Positions 1 to 13,402 of a stretch of DNA of 64,000 bases are shown here, piece by piece. The notes beneath the pieces are model-generated. The model saw nothing but the letters and a program-made list of their open reading frames with translations. It was not told where the DNA came from and did no database searches. The stretch is from Psilocybe cubensis (Eukaryota): contig CM039000.1 of the NCBI GenBank assembly GCA_017499595.2, positions 3,038,001 to 3,102,000 of the forward strand, written 5' to 3'. How positions within the stretch are numbered: position 1 is the stretch's first letter; the number at the start of each line of letters is the position of its first letter. The translations under genes and the position numbers were made by a program.

Positions 1-314
1 CTGAACTTGTCAATTTCTTGTCAAGCTTCTTCCAATTATTCAATTTCCAAGTGAACACTTTGAAATCTTTCACTTCGTGCCCGAGGTCTGGCATATGTTT
101 GGCGGCGAAGGCATCATCTTGATGACGACACTTTGTAAGCACTTGGGAGTTTGTCTTAGGAGTATGTAGTGCTCACGATCGCGCACTGATACGACTTCGT
201 CTATTTCCATGGGAGGAGCGCCGTTTTGTTTCTCATCTAAAACGTCCATCGTGTCGTTCTGAAGAAGAGATTAGAGTGAATGCATAACAATAAGCGCAAA
301 AGGGTGCTCACCAT
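1..314 (-). CDS. UBP15: Ubiquitin-specific protease (USP7/Ubp15 family), 5' end only; runs off the window
   Basis: Manual splicing: ATG (314-312), intron 311-259, NDTMDVLDEKQNGAPPMEIDEVVSVRD, second intron, then HDAFAAKHMPDLGHEVKDFKVFTWKLNNWKKLDKKLTSS. This resembles the start of the MATH domain of fungal Ubp15. Confidence 0.75.
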
Positions 315-1217
315 ATCAGTCCTGCAACGACTCGACAGTGATGAATTAGCGGCCAACTAAGGCTATGGTGCAGTGTATAGTGGTGGTAGCTTTAGAGAAT
401 GACACGAAGGAGTAGTGGATACTGTATGATGATACCTGGGTGCCTTAACAAGTCAGAGAGGGATCGCCTCAAGGAATTGGAATCGCGGTCATTGCCGGTT
501 GATTACTCATGTATATTTCTCACGCTCTTGTGCCATAAATTTGCGCAAATTTGCGCTGTGCTCTTTTTCATTCTCGTCGCGTGTCCTGCCTATACTATTC
601 TTTTTTCTTTCGCCAAACAACCGTGCTCATATAACACATAAGTCCCCATTCTTACTCTCTTCTAGGTGTGACTGATACACGATCCTTAAATTGTCTCGAT
701 AGGGAAGCTTTTACAGCCTCCAACAGCCTTTCAGCTGTTCTACTGTCGTGGAATGAGTCAAAATCGTGTAAGATCGATCCGGGGAAATACAGTGTGCTGC
801 TCTGTCGTCGTTTTGAAGGCAGCGCAGCCGGGCTCATACCCGCTGTTGTTCTCCGGATGAAGCCTCTGCACATTCACGCACGATTGCGATGCTTCATGCA
901 TTGTATGAGCCATCGTGCGTGGTTGCATTTTTGGCATACATTTTCCATACTTATTGACACAATTTGTATATTTAGCACTAGTTTTTACCAAAATATACAA
1001 AAATATTGCCACTAAAACGTGCTTTGATTGATTGTATACGTAAAGTCCGCATATGGCAAAGGTGCACTGTAGGCGGAGGTATGTTCGTTCAGCCTCATGT
1101 CGACAGTACGCCTTTATAGCTTCGCCCAACGTGTTTACCTCTTGTTTTCTTTTTCTTCTCAATTGACCTGCTCTGGATCCTTAAGAATACCCTTAGACTC
1201 TTTCTCTGCAAATCTGC

Positions 1218-4200
1218 ATGAAAGGTTTCTTCTCACGTCTACAAGAAACCCAGACGGGACATTCTAAATCTGCAACACGAGACTCATACAAGTTCTGGAT
1301 TCCGAATGCTGATCCCGAGCGAGATTCTTCTAAGCCTCTTCCTGCGCACGAGAATGTTGCCAAAGGATCAACAACTCGTACCCACGCTGAGAAGCGAAGC
1401 TCTAGCCGTGCTCCCAAACCATCTCAACCCATGCCGATGCCCACATACGATAAACCTATGCCATCGACGAGTATGGCGGCAGCGGGCACTACTATTGAGT
1501 ATATGCGACCCAATATGGGCTCTTCTTCTCAGCAGTATTATCCTCAACCCCCGACCAAAGTTACTTCAACTAGAACCCGAGATTATGACGACAGTAAAAT
1601 GCCATCTTCTTCTCGTGCCCCGTATCCCACACGCTCGACGATCCCACCAGAGAATCCTGCCAAAAATACTCGCTACCCTAATATGCGAAGCGAATCGATA
1701 GCACCGGCTCAACACGAACGATGGATCCCAACAACAGCTCCATCTACATCAAAATATGCTGATGAGCCGAAGAAATCACTGCAGGAGGGGCTTGAGACAT
1801 TAGACCGCTATCGGAACCGTTACGATGAGAGAGACGGTCAGGTGGAAAGTGGAAGACGAGACAGGGATCGTCGTAGAGACAGGGATCGGGAAAGAACTCG
1901 CGACAGAGATGCAGATAGAGATTACTATCGACGAGATCAGGAGAGGGGTCGTGACTTGGAGCGTGAAAAGGAACGCCAGAGGACGAGGGAACGGGAACGG
2001 GAGCGCGAGAAGGAAAAGGAGCGTGAACGTGAACGTGAAAAAGAACGGGCAGATAAAGAACGAGAATGGGAAAGAGACAGACTCGAACGAGAGAAGGAAC
2101 GAGCGGAGAGAGAACGCGAGCGCGAGAAACTTGAGAGAGAAAAAGAGAGGGAGCGCGAACGTGAAAAGGAAAAGGAGAAGGAACGCGAACGCGAACGTGA
2201 GCGCGAGAAGGAAAGGGAAAGGGAACGCGAGAGAGAGAGAGAACGCGAAAAGGAGAGGGAAAGAGAACGCGAAAAGGAGAGGGAAAGAGAACGCGAAAAG
2301 GAGAGGGAGAGAGAACGAGAAAAGGAGAGGGAGAGAGAACGCGAAAAGGAGAGGGAGAGAGAACGAGAAAAGGAGAAAGAACGAGAACTGGAGCGAGCAG
2401 AGAGGGAACGCGAACGCGAGAAGGAGAGAGAAAGAGAGAAAATGGAACGCGATAGGGAGAGGGAAAGAGAAAGAGAACGGGAGAGAGTTGAACGCGAAAA
2501 GGAGAAGGAGAAGGAGCGCGAAGAAAGAGCGCGCGAGCGTGAGAGGGACAAGGAGAGAGTCGAGCGCGAAAGAGAACGCGAGCGAGAGAAAGAATTGCTT
2601 GAGCGAGAAAAGGAACGCGAACGCGAAAAATACCGTGAACGCGAGCGAGCGGCGAGATATGCGGAGAGAGATCGTCGGGAGCGCGAAAAGGAAAGGGAAC
2701 GCGCTGAAAGAGTACGCGCCAGAGAGCGAGAATGGGAGCAAAGGGCCAAAGATAGAGAAACCGAAGCCACTCAAGGAAAAGAACGAGCACAGGAGGTACC
2801 TCCTACGCCACGGTTTCTGTCTGAAAGACCACTTCCTGATGCAAGTAGGACCGACGTTCGAACTCAGGATCGCGACTTTCGTCGAGAAAGGGATTCTCGT
2901 CGGGATCATTCGACATACCGATCCAGAGATCAAGACAGGGACCAAGTAAGATATCGAGCAGAAGCCACCGACGGCGAGCAAGATTTCAGAAAATGGAAAC
3001 CAAGGACCTCAGATCGCGACAGGCGAAAGGATACTAATAATGGATGGGTTTCTGACACCATAACAGCCCATGAAAGAAGACCTATACGAACGACAGTCAA
3101 CCTTGAGCCAGCTCCTATTGAAGAAGGTGAGAGCTCCGATGGCTCTCTGAGACCTAAGCATGGAATAAGGGCGATGCAAAGGCGCATGCGGACAGACGAT
3201 CCTACTGCATCAACCAGAGTAAGAGACAGTTGTGTTCTTTTCGTTTCTCCCTTTTTAAAAGGTGTATACAGACTCCACGGTTTCCTCAGGACCGCCCCTC
3301 AGAACCTTCTGCCCCCTTGCCTGTGAACAATTATTCGAAGCCGAGAACATTTCCCGCCAATTCCGAACCACAACCTCCCAGCTTTCAACCACCGAAGACG
3401 CACCCTATTATCTCAGAACCCCAGCTACCTTCTACTTCAACGCCACTGCACATGCTTGTTCATTTACCCCCAAAGGCGATGAATGAACGCCCGTCACAGC
3501 AACCTTCAAATCCAAACGTTGCAGTCGAACCAGAACCGACAATGCGACGAGAAATAGTGAGGGAAATTATTCGCGTGAAATGAGTTTACCAATTAATTTA
3601 TATAAATTTAGAATCGCGTAAGGCTTAATGAACCAAACATGCAGCAGGACGAACCTCCTCCAATTCCTGTGGAGGTCAGTCTGGGTTATCTACATGTCAT
3701 ATGTTTAATATTAATGCGTTAATATCTTCCAGCCTTCAACAATGTCATACCGGCGTCCTCCTTCACGGATCATCAACACACCACATATTATGGTTCCACA
3801 GAACATCAGTTTTCAACCGTCACGGAATGAAAACCTCGTTCAGACGGTCCGTTTTCTCATTTACACAATGTATGACAAGCTCACGTCCTTTCAATTCACA
3901 TCGGTTCTATCTTAGAGGAACTTACAGCCGACCACTGCTACGGTTGCCCAAGAATCTTACCTATCTTCTAACGGGCAATCGGGTAATTATGGGGACGTGG
4001 CGAACCGTGCAGATGGCCAGAAAGAGCAACGCGAATTTTCAGAACATCTCCCGGCATTTTCCAGGCCAGAGGTGCCTTCAGAGTCTATGGGGAAGCAAAA
4101 TTTACCATCTACTACATCAAGTCTACCCACAGTATCTGAAAAGACAAACATCCACACTGTTCCTCAGGGAACCCCGAAGGCTATCTTTCCAGATGGATAT

Positions 4201-7200
4201 AGTAGGTCACGGCTGAATTCCCTGACATTGAAGCCAGATTATCCAACCAGCGGACCAACGAGCACGACTATCCCTGTTTCTGCTACGGCCGTTGAGCAAA
4301 CCTCAGGCACGATCACTTTGGCGCCTGCCCTTTCGAAGGGTCAACAGAGCCCGCAATTTCGAGTGCGAGTGGAAACAGATGTTACTCTTCAGCCACCAGT
4401 GCCAGCAACCATTCCAATTGAGCTCCGGAGTCCCGCCCCTCATAAACGAGACTCCATCATTGCACCGAACCCTCTCTCTTCAAATCAGCGGGTTGTCGAT
4501 GATGTGCGTCCAAGTGTACGTTCTCGCATATTCCTCAACGGTAAAACTGTGCTAATTGCTCTTGTGATTTCTAGTCACGGATGCAGCACTTTTCCCCAGC
4601 CAATGAAATTCCCGTAGTTCAAAGTCAGGCACCATCAACACCGCAGATTACAACTGGACTTTCCATACAACGACCACCCACAGCGGGTGGTTATAGAGAT
4701 ACTTCTCGTCAACATGTATCCAGTATCATCCCTTCAACACCACAAGGTACCGACAGCCCAGATTCTGTCCCCACCCCATCCCATCTCCACAGTCGTTTCA
4801 AGGTTCCAGAAACCCCGTTATTGGCCCGTGCAATCAACAACTACTATACATCGACAAATCAAGGACCAATCCGAACAGATACGCCTATTCAGTCAGGAGC
4901 GGTACCCAGCTCCGTGGAATATGTCTCTAACCCTTCTGGCCCTGCGATAACAAATATGCAGCCGAAGCAGGCCGAGCAGAGTGGTCAACAGAAAATTGGC
5001 GCAGGTATATCTCGTCCACCTACAAGCACGGGATTCAAACAGGACAGCGGAAAGGCTTTCCAACAGCTTGAACCTATAGTTACCACCTTAAGCGCAAACC
5101 CTGAGATGATCAAGATTACCAGCGCAGTACCCCCTAAGACACCTGCTACCGTTAATAATAACCAATACCTACCCCCAATTCGAACTGACACCGATGGTTC
5201 TAAATCGGCTTCTCATCAAATATACAAACCTGAAAACACTGCTCAGTCAGAAGGCCAAGTGCGTACAGTAGAACTTGGTGATCGACCAACTGCGCCTCTG
5301 GTTGCACCACCAGTAGGTTTTCAAAAAACAGATGCGCAAAAGATTTCTACTGTTCCTCCAACTCCGGAAGCCTTACTGGACCGTGTCGGTTTTCAGCGAA
5401 CTCTTTCCAATGCGCTGCATCCTCAGGTGACATCAACAGACAATTTGCAAACCAGATCGGAGAATCCAGGCCCTGTGCGACATCCTATCACTCCTCTGCA
5501 ACCATTACCGTCCAGTTCCCTGCCTCAGACGTCCCAACCAAGTCATCGGCCTAAGATTGAAGACGCTGCTGCCCCGGCGTCAACGTTAACCGGAGTATTG
5601 ACAACTGAAGTGAAGGAAAAGTCTTCCACTCATTACATTGTTAAAGAGGAGCCTCAAAGTCTTACGACTGATACTTTTCAGCCCCGTGTCAGAGTTGTTG
5701 AGGATGGTAGTCCAGGGAGGAAACCCCGTTATTACCTTGACAGTGTCCATCAGAAATCCATAGTAACAAAGGAAGAAGTTCCAAAGGTGTCCGTTAACAG
5801 CGCCTCGCAAGGTCCAGGTATTCCGCTTGCCATTCAAAATTCGTCTTCCAACCGTCAAGGTGGACCTCTAGGAAATATCGTCCACCAGCCTCCAACGAAT
5901 AATATGGCAAATTCAGTCCGTCGCAATAACGAAATATTCAATGACCATGTCGTGAAGTCTACAGAAGCTGCCTTGAGTGCACCAGCACCCCTTACCACGA
6001 ACGAGCGTGTTCGCAACACTACACTGGATGACAATAGCCCTGGTACCACTCTTTCTCAACCCCCTGATGTCGTACTTCAGAACACCGTGACTAAGGCTGA
6101 GACCCACGCGCTTCGTGTTGCGAACTCGGTCGCAGAACATCCAGGTACTCAGTCATTAAGAAGCGGTAATTCGAACCGCCCTATCTTCAGAGAAGATGAG
6201 AGTGAAGTGACTAAACCTCGTCAATTCTCTGGAATCTCTGTCGCTCAGGCTTCTGCATCCCAGAGAACAGAGCCTGTTGGTTCCCGCAGCGGAAATGTTG
6301 CGCAAGTTTCGACACCTATAATGCCCCCTGAACGAAAGATCCTCAAGGAAGATGACAGTCCAAGAAACAGGACGGGACAGCCAGCGGCCGTTCAAGTTCA
6401 AAATTCTATAGCCGCTTCCAGAGAAAGTCTTCTGGTACGCAGCTCTGCGGTACAACCAACTTCTCAGTATCCAAGTACCCCTACACGTCCTTTGGGCTAT
6501 ATGCACCCAAACAGCAGTTCAGGATCTACAGACCTACAGTCATCACGTGCAAACAATTTTTCTTCCACAGCTCCCGACGTAATGTTTACCCCACTTGCGA
6601 ATCAAGAGGGTCCAGGTTTACGAAGCCGCCCTGCAAATGTTCCATCTACTCCGAAGGTAGAAATGGCGCCTATGCAATTTCCTTCGATTCCTGTAATGAA
6701 AGAGGAGAGTCCTAGACTGCAGACATATATTAATCCTTCCGTAGTGGCTGTTCCAAACCCTCTTACGAACTTGGACAACGTTTATTCTCGAACAAGACGA
6801 GATTCTAAACAAGACAATCCTCGCAATAGAAGTGAACATCGACCATCCGGCTCTCCTGCCAAGCCTGGTACAATTCCAATCTCGCAGGATGCTTCCCTTT
6901 CTTTGAATACACATGATCGTCCCCCTGTCGCCAACGCCAGTACACGTATCGACAACCAGGCTAACATCGTTGGGCAAGACTTTGTGAACGCTCCTTCTTT
7001 CCCTGATCCTACATTGAAAGCTCTGCAAAACGTCAACACAGGCGCCTCCGCCATACAACCAAAGATTCCACCAACAGTTATAACTGGCGGAAGTGCGGTG
7101 CCATACGCTGGGCGTAGTACTCCTCAAGTAACTTCTGCGCACCTTCCAAACGACCTCAATACTTTTCAAAGCGTTACGAAAAAAGGTTTCCCCAATGTGC

Positions 7201-9806
7201 AGTCTGAAAGTACGTCACTATCAACTTATCTAAATGCAAATATATCTTACGGTACTAGTTACAAGGTCAAACACACCCCGCCAGCTAGATCTGCTTGACC
7301 GTGCTGAATCAAGATATACTCCGGCCTCCCATCCCCAGCCCAAAGAAGACACTGCCCCGCAAACGATCCAACCTAGCTGGTCAAATACGGCATACGATCA
7401 TCGATCTTTACTAGGCTCAAAGCAAGGTAACAGAATTGGCGAAGGCCACATCGATAATGAGACTCCTTCACTTGGTTTTTTTTCATCAAACTTCACTTCG
7501 GCTCTTAACGCTGGCACTGAGAAAAGAGGAGGCCCTGGTTCCAAAGCACTTACGTTCGATAATGGTTCCGATACAAAACTGCACACGAATATGGGGAACA
7601 CTGTAGATAATGATAAACAAACAGCGGCGTACAAAGTCCATGAATCGGTCCCTACAGTAGTGCGCGATCCCCAGATACAAACTTCATCCCGTGCTCCAGT
7701 GGTGGAGACTGATGTACGAGAATCGTCTCAGAAGTACGCGACAAACGAAGCTCGACAATTTGTTGCACGCAAAGAGGCAGAACCAGAACGCCTTCCAACC
7801 CCCTCTGTGCCTTCTGTCCCATTTACCCACCCTGTTTTGGCTGAAATTCTCTCTTCTCCGCCTCCCAAGTTCCAAATCCCCCGCTCACGTACTACATTCA
7901 TGCAGCAGAGTATTTCTGTCGAAGCGAGCGCGGACACCCCTAAAACTCCCGCTCAAGTCCTTGATCGTCAGGAATCAAGACAGGAATCTAAACCAACCGC
8001 CCCTCACAGAAGTGGTTCCTACCCAGTCGTGCCTGCCGATGTGCCTGCCAAAGAGCCTATTTCACAAGAAAGTCGACCGCAAACCTCAAGGCCTGTAAAT
8101 TATCCTCAGACATCACAAGGGGGAAATATCTCTGCGCAGCCAACTAGTCGGTATGTGTCATCTTCCAACACCGCCGCAGGGGTACAGTCATCAATCGACG
8201 GCCCCAATAGTGAGCCACTTGTCCAGGAAAGTCGCAACCATGCTTCCAGGACTCATAACCCAACTTCACTTCCCCCAGTCCGTCAAGTCAACAAAGATGC
8301 CTATGGCTCAACTTTGGCACAGAGTCGAGTGGTGTCGTCCTCCAATGCTCAAACAGCACCATATACTGTAACCGATGGGACCTCCAGGGACTTGCCGCAA
8401 GAAAATCATTCATATGGCGTACGGAGCAGTACATATCCACCGCTAGTCAGTCAAGGAGTAAAGGATCAACTGCATCAGAATCCGACGTTTCCGCCCCATC
8501 GATCCGCGTCATCATCGATCCCTTCAGCAAATCTGTACTCAACGACAACTAGGCAAGATGTTATTTCACCTGCCGACCCCCGCAGCGTAGCCTCGCGGCC
8601 TGGGTTGGATTCGACTCAAGTAGGAGCATCCGACAAGAAGGCATACGTTCCTCCTTCTCATACAAACCATCAAACCCCCAATGATAATGGCGGCATAACA
8701 GAAAATACTTCTCAAAAACCTTACCCACAAGCATTCGTAGATCCACGTCCACCCACAACAACGCAAGCAATTCCATCTTCACATTCATCTTCTATGCCCT
8801 CGTCTCGACATCATCATTCTGCATCTTTGCCAACATCATCTGTACCACCACTTTCCGCAAATCCCTCCAAGAAAGATGAACACGTTCATTCACGACCTTT
8901 AGCCCAACGAACTCCATCGCATCAGCAAGCTCCATTTACACCCTTTCAGACCACAACTGCGACTTCTTCCAATACACAACCTTCTAAGAAACCAGGTGTA
9001 TCAATGCTTCATGCTCCTTCGGAAGAGACTATACTCATGACACCTTCATCGCTTGCCCGGTCCACTATGCTTCAGCCTTCCACTTCTCGTCAGTCTGTGA
9101 CACCATCCGTAACATCACAGACAGGAAAGAAAGGTGGTCTTTTCAGTTTATTTCGGAAGACGCCTACTCCTGCTCCAGTTCAACAGTATGAAATATGGCA
9201 CCCAAGTCTTGCTTCGAAGACACCCGATTCCAGCCCAGGCCATGGTAAAGCTCCACAGGCTCCGCCCGCACCTGAGCCACAAGCGCCAACGCCCCCAAGT
9301 CCAAAGAGGAGGGACGAGTCTCTTGATTTCTCGATTCCTGTTCCAATTCATGGACAGTCGGGACGTAAAGCGTCACACCCACATTCGAACGTATTCACTC
9401 CTTTCAAGTACTTGACAACAAAGCGGAATCGTGCTGTATCTGTAGCTTCTTTGGAAGCTCAGGATGGCACAGCAGTGAGTATTGTTATATTTGACGACGT
9501 CTAATATTTTAATCGAGACCTTTTCAGACGAATACCGTTGTAGGATCGCCAACTGCGTCTATGCATAGTCAAGCGCCCTTGTTGCCACCTCCAACTCGAG
9601 ATCCGTGGCAGGCAACGCAAGAGTGGAGAAACAAGGAAGAAGCTGAAGCCAAAGCTCGTGCCAAAGCTAAGCTGAGAAGACAGCGCCCAGGAGTCGTCTT
9701 CGATGTCGGCGAAGAAGTTCCAGATGACGGCAAGAAGAAACCGACTCGTGTGCGAAACAAACACAGAAATGCTAGCAGGCAATCTGAGCAACCGTCTCAA
9801 TCATGA
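1218..9806 (+). CDS. Very large (~2,700 aa) low-complexity hypothetical protein with an Arg/Glu repeat tract and a long S/T/P/Q-rich region
   Basis: Consecutive long + ORFs (1218-3326, 3230-3583, 3997-4617, 4581-7298, 7234-9504, 9561-9806) can be joined by GT-AG introns, e.g. 7210-7258 and 9475-9527. No recognisable globular domain. Confidence 0.7.
1850..2740 (+). repeat. Coding purine-rich repeat (ER/EKE) containing about six copies of a 24-bp unit (AGAGAACGCGAAAAGGAGAGGGAA-like) at ~2238-2376
   Basis: Directly visible tandem repeats; translation is EREREREKE repeated. Confidence 0.9.
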
Positions 9807-9968
9807 ATTTTTTTCGTTCTTAATACTATTTATGACCTTTATGACCTCCATGACGATAACGTATAACGAGTCTAGAGTTTTATTCTTTTTTTTTTCATCA
9901 TCTCACATTGTATCCTTATGTTGCATTTTCAAGCTGTATCATTATTCGCATTTTTTACATTATCATAA

Positions 9969-10534
9969 CTATGCTGTCGTGCACATCCATTTTTTATTTC
10001 TCCTTGCAGTGTATTTTATGTGTAATCTGTAGTGTTATATCATACTGGACAATATTCATTTCCATGTGATGTTGACGATTGAAGCCCAGAGGTATAGATT
10101 TTGACCATCATGAGCTTGTCCGCCGTTCAATTTGGGTTTCTATATACTATCACGATCAGGGAGATTCAAATAATTCTAAACGTTGGTGAATAGTCTCTCT
10201 GTTCCCGCCAAATTTTGAGCATGTAGCTGAACCTTATTTCAACATATTTAGCACATAGAGTAGAAAGCATGCTTAAGTGGCTTTCAAATTGCGTCAAAAG
10301 CTGCAGATTCTAAGAGACTATTTAAGACTGAATTTCAGAGATAGCTATGCTGTGGTATACATTCATTTTTACTTCTCCTTGCATTGTATTCTATGCGTAA
10401 TCTGTAGTCATGTCATACTGAGCAGTGGGCAATATCCATTTTAATGTGATGTTTTACGATGGCACCCCGAGGTGCGGGATTGTAGTACGTTTGATCCGGC
10501 GTAGATTTCGACCATCATGAGCTTGTCCGCCGTT
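9969..10534 (+). repeat. Imperfect direct duplication (9969-10127 vs 10345-10534) of the upstream region and first codons of TAE1/NTM1
   Basis: Both copies run CTATGCTGT...TCTCCTTGCA.TGTATT.TATG.GTAATCTGTAGT...ATGTGATGTT...TAGATTT.GACCATCATGAGCTTGTCCGCCGTT. Confidence 0.85.
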
Positions 10535-11524
10535 GAACCAAACGTTCAAGAAGGCATCGAATACTGGAACACCCAACCAGCAAGTCTCGATGGTGTGCTT
10601 GGAGGATATGGATCGGGGGTACCGAGAAATTTTCACCTTCAAATCGTTTTGGATTCTCATTTTCTTATCTGCATTAGTCTCTTCCGAGGATAGACTCACT
10701 CGGCTCCAGGCTTTTCTTGCTTAATCTGTTCCCCCAATTATCCACGATTCCTTCTGCGTTTCGTCCTCTTGATGCACCGTCCGATCCACCGAGGACGCGT
10801 GCATTGGACGTAGGCGCTGGCATCGGACGCGTAACGGCGGATGTGCTTCTCCACCTGGTCTCGGACGTGACGATCCTTGAGCCCGTGGAACCTTTCGTGC
10901 AGGAGGCACTATCGCGCGCACGACGTAGTGCTGCAGATCCATCGAGCAAGGACGCGTGGCGAGGACTTGCAGACGGGTCTAAAAGCGTAACTCTTCTCCA
11001 AGGAACACTGCAAGACTTCCATCCCCTTCAGCCGCACCATGCGCGTTTCCTCGATCGCGTAGGATATCAGCCCCCTCGCCCTGATGATGAGGTCGGACAG
11101 GGATTCGACGTCATATGGTGTCAATGGTGTTTGGGACATTTATCGAACGTTGATCTTGTGGCTTTTTTGAAAAGGAGCCATGAATCGTTAAAAAAGCACC
11201 CTAAAGCGCTTATTGTGGTCAAGGAGAATATTTGTTCAGACAAGCCCGATGGATCCGCGCAGGAGGTATTTGATGAACAAGATTCTAGCTTGACAAGGTG
11301 ATTGTACAAAACTGCATATGTGATCTTCATCTCTGATTGCAGGTTATTAGGTCGGACGCGGCATGGAAGGCGATCTTCGAGCAGGCCGGTCTCCGACTAG
11401 TGAAGGAGAAAGTACAGGAAGGCCTGCCCGATGAACTTTTTGTGGTAAAAATGTGGGTCATAATTTCAATCTCTAAATTCATGTCGTAACAAAGCGATGT
11501 ATGAATAGGTATGGTCTACGATGA
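10517..11524 (+). CDS. TAE1: Alpha-N-terminal protein methyltransferase (NTM1/Tae1)
   Basis: EGIEYWNTQPASLDGVLGGYG, ALDVGAGIGRVT (SAM motif I), FDVIWCQWCLGHL, VKEN, FDEQDSSLTR; 4 exons. Confidence 0.9.
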
Positions 11525-11692
11525 ACGGATAAAAAGACTACTCCAGACAGTCTTGTAGTTGGTTGAACAAAATGTGGTATACACTACAATGGATGTAAAA
11601 AAAACATCGCGGTTCGAAGAGTACAAATACACAAGCACTCGGGCTCGGGAATGGAACGAAGATGAAAAAGAAAGAAATTGCAAAAAAACTAT

Positions 11693-12932
11693 CTACGAAA
11701 GAGTGGTGGCCCCGAGTTCGGCGGCAAGTGCGTTACTGACGAGGCGCCGAGTGCGTATTTCCCTAGTTTCTAATTTTTCTCTCAGTCCGGGGAAGTTGTT
11801 ATGGATGAGGCGATCTAGATGCGGCCAAATCTCGTCCGATGTCGTGCCAGAAAGTGTCTTTACCTTCAATCCCGAGGGAGTATGGAAGGATATTTGGTGA
11901 GGGTGTTGGTGAGTGTTCGGGCGATGGGTATTTGCTGTCTTGGCCGATTTGGCAAAGTATGCGAGTAATGGTGACGTAGACGCGTAGAACGCGGCGAGGC
12001 GGCGCGCGAACACCTCCTGCGGAAATAAAAGATTAGATCAAAATGGAGATCTCTCTACAGGAGGAAGAGGATAGTTGAATGAAATAATACGAACGGGATT
12101 GTCATCGGGACGCTTCGTCAACGGTTCTCCGGTTTGATCGTCGAAGCCAATGACGCGTGGGCGATTGTAAGACATGTTGTAGACGCGACCCGAAGGACGA
12201 TGGATCCATCGGTCGGATATACGACTCAGAATAACTTCGTCGGGAACGTCAAGGTTTACAACAAGTGTCAATGGCATATTTCGTTTCCTAAAATACGCGC
12301 GTGAGTTAGTCGCCGTGTGTCTGTAATCAACGGATTAGGAGGTGGGTGTTTACTTGAGATGAGCATCTAGCAATTCAGCTTGTCCGATGGTGCGAGGGAA
12401 GCCATCCAAGATCCAATGCTATTTGATACAAAATGAGCACATGTCAAAATGCATATAGAGCTTTAGATTGGGTATAGCGCACCTTGTGTTGGAGGTTATC
12501 CAACTTGCTCGTTACAACCTTCAGCATCATGTCATCGGGCACCAGTCCACCTCGAGCTACAATTTCCTCGGCTTGTAGACCGATATCCGTGCGCTCCTCA
12601 ATATGCTGGCGCAGAAGGTCTCCAGTTGACAGAGTGAGTATGTCGTATTTTTGGGCAAGGCGTGCGGTCAGGGTTCCCTTGCCTGCGCCGGGCTTTCCGA
12701 ACATGAGCATGCGAACCACGCGTTCATCGCGGTCGTCCTGTGGGCCACTGTATGTATTAAGGGAGAAAGGGATAGCCCTGCGCATCGCAGCGGACTGGGA
12801 GATAGTCCGTACATGGCTGTCGCCCGACACACGAGCATTGGGGATGCGGATAGCGGGCTGTTGAACGGAAGCTGAGCGAGTTAGAGTGACTTTGTGCACA
12901 TTTCGGACGCCGCTGCGAAGGTTGCTTTGCAT
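11693..12932 (-). CDS. ADK2: Adenylate kinase family protein, probably mitochondrial GTP:AMP phosphotransferase (Adk2/AK3)
   Basis: P-loop GKPGAGKGT, LSTGDLLR, WILDGFPRT, LID RWIHRPSGRVYN, RPDD; Arg/Ser-rich presequence-like N-terminus. Confidence 0.85.
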
Positions 12933-13402
12933 CGAATACGGGACAGAGAACAGAGATGAACAAGTCAGGAAGATACAGAGGGGGATTAGAAAGACAGAAA
13001 GAAAGTTGGAAAACGGAAAGGAGGCGGTATGGAAATAAAATATCATTTGACTATCCCCAAAAATATATCACATCCTGAATAAGACCACATCACAACTTGA
13101 CAAGAATGGCGCGATTGTAAAGACTTCACAGACAGCCTTTAGGGCTAGAGCCCTAACATGTTGAAATTTGTTGACTCAGGTCTTTTCTCGATGCTGAAAT
13201 GTGCAGATGACTCGAGCGGAATGCCGATACACTCCGATGCCCGTTTGATTAGGGTCTTCGGCCACCTACATACCAAGATACATAGCCTTGTGAATTTTTA
13301 CTTCAATGCATACGTAGGCTTTTTTCAGGATAACCATCGCTGTGTTTTTCTACTCTACTTGCAACTTAACAGACGGTGTGTCCGAGACCAAAAACACGGG
13401 GA

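Noticed and set aside
399-1162. Short ORFs between UBP15 and the giant gene
   Set aside because: No recognisable motifs or consistent exon chain; probably promoter/UTR sequence.
1744-2981. Long antisense and alternative-frame ORFs, including an SR-protein-like RS/LS-rich 277-aa ORF
   Set aside because: Shadow of the RE repeat; its composition excludes stop codons in other frames.
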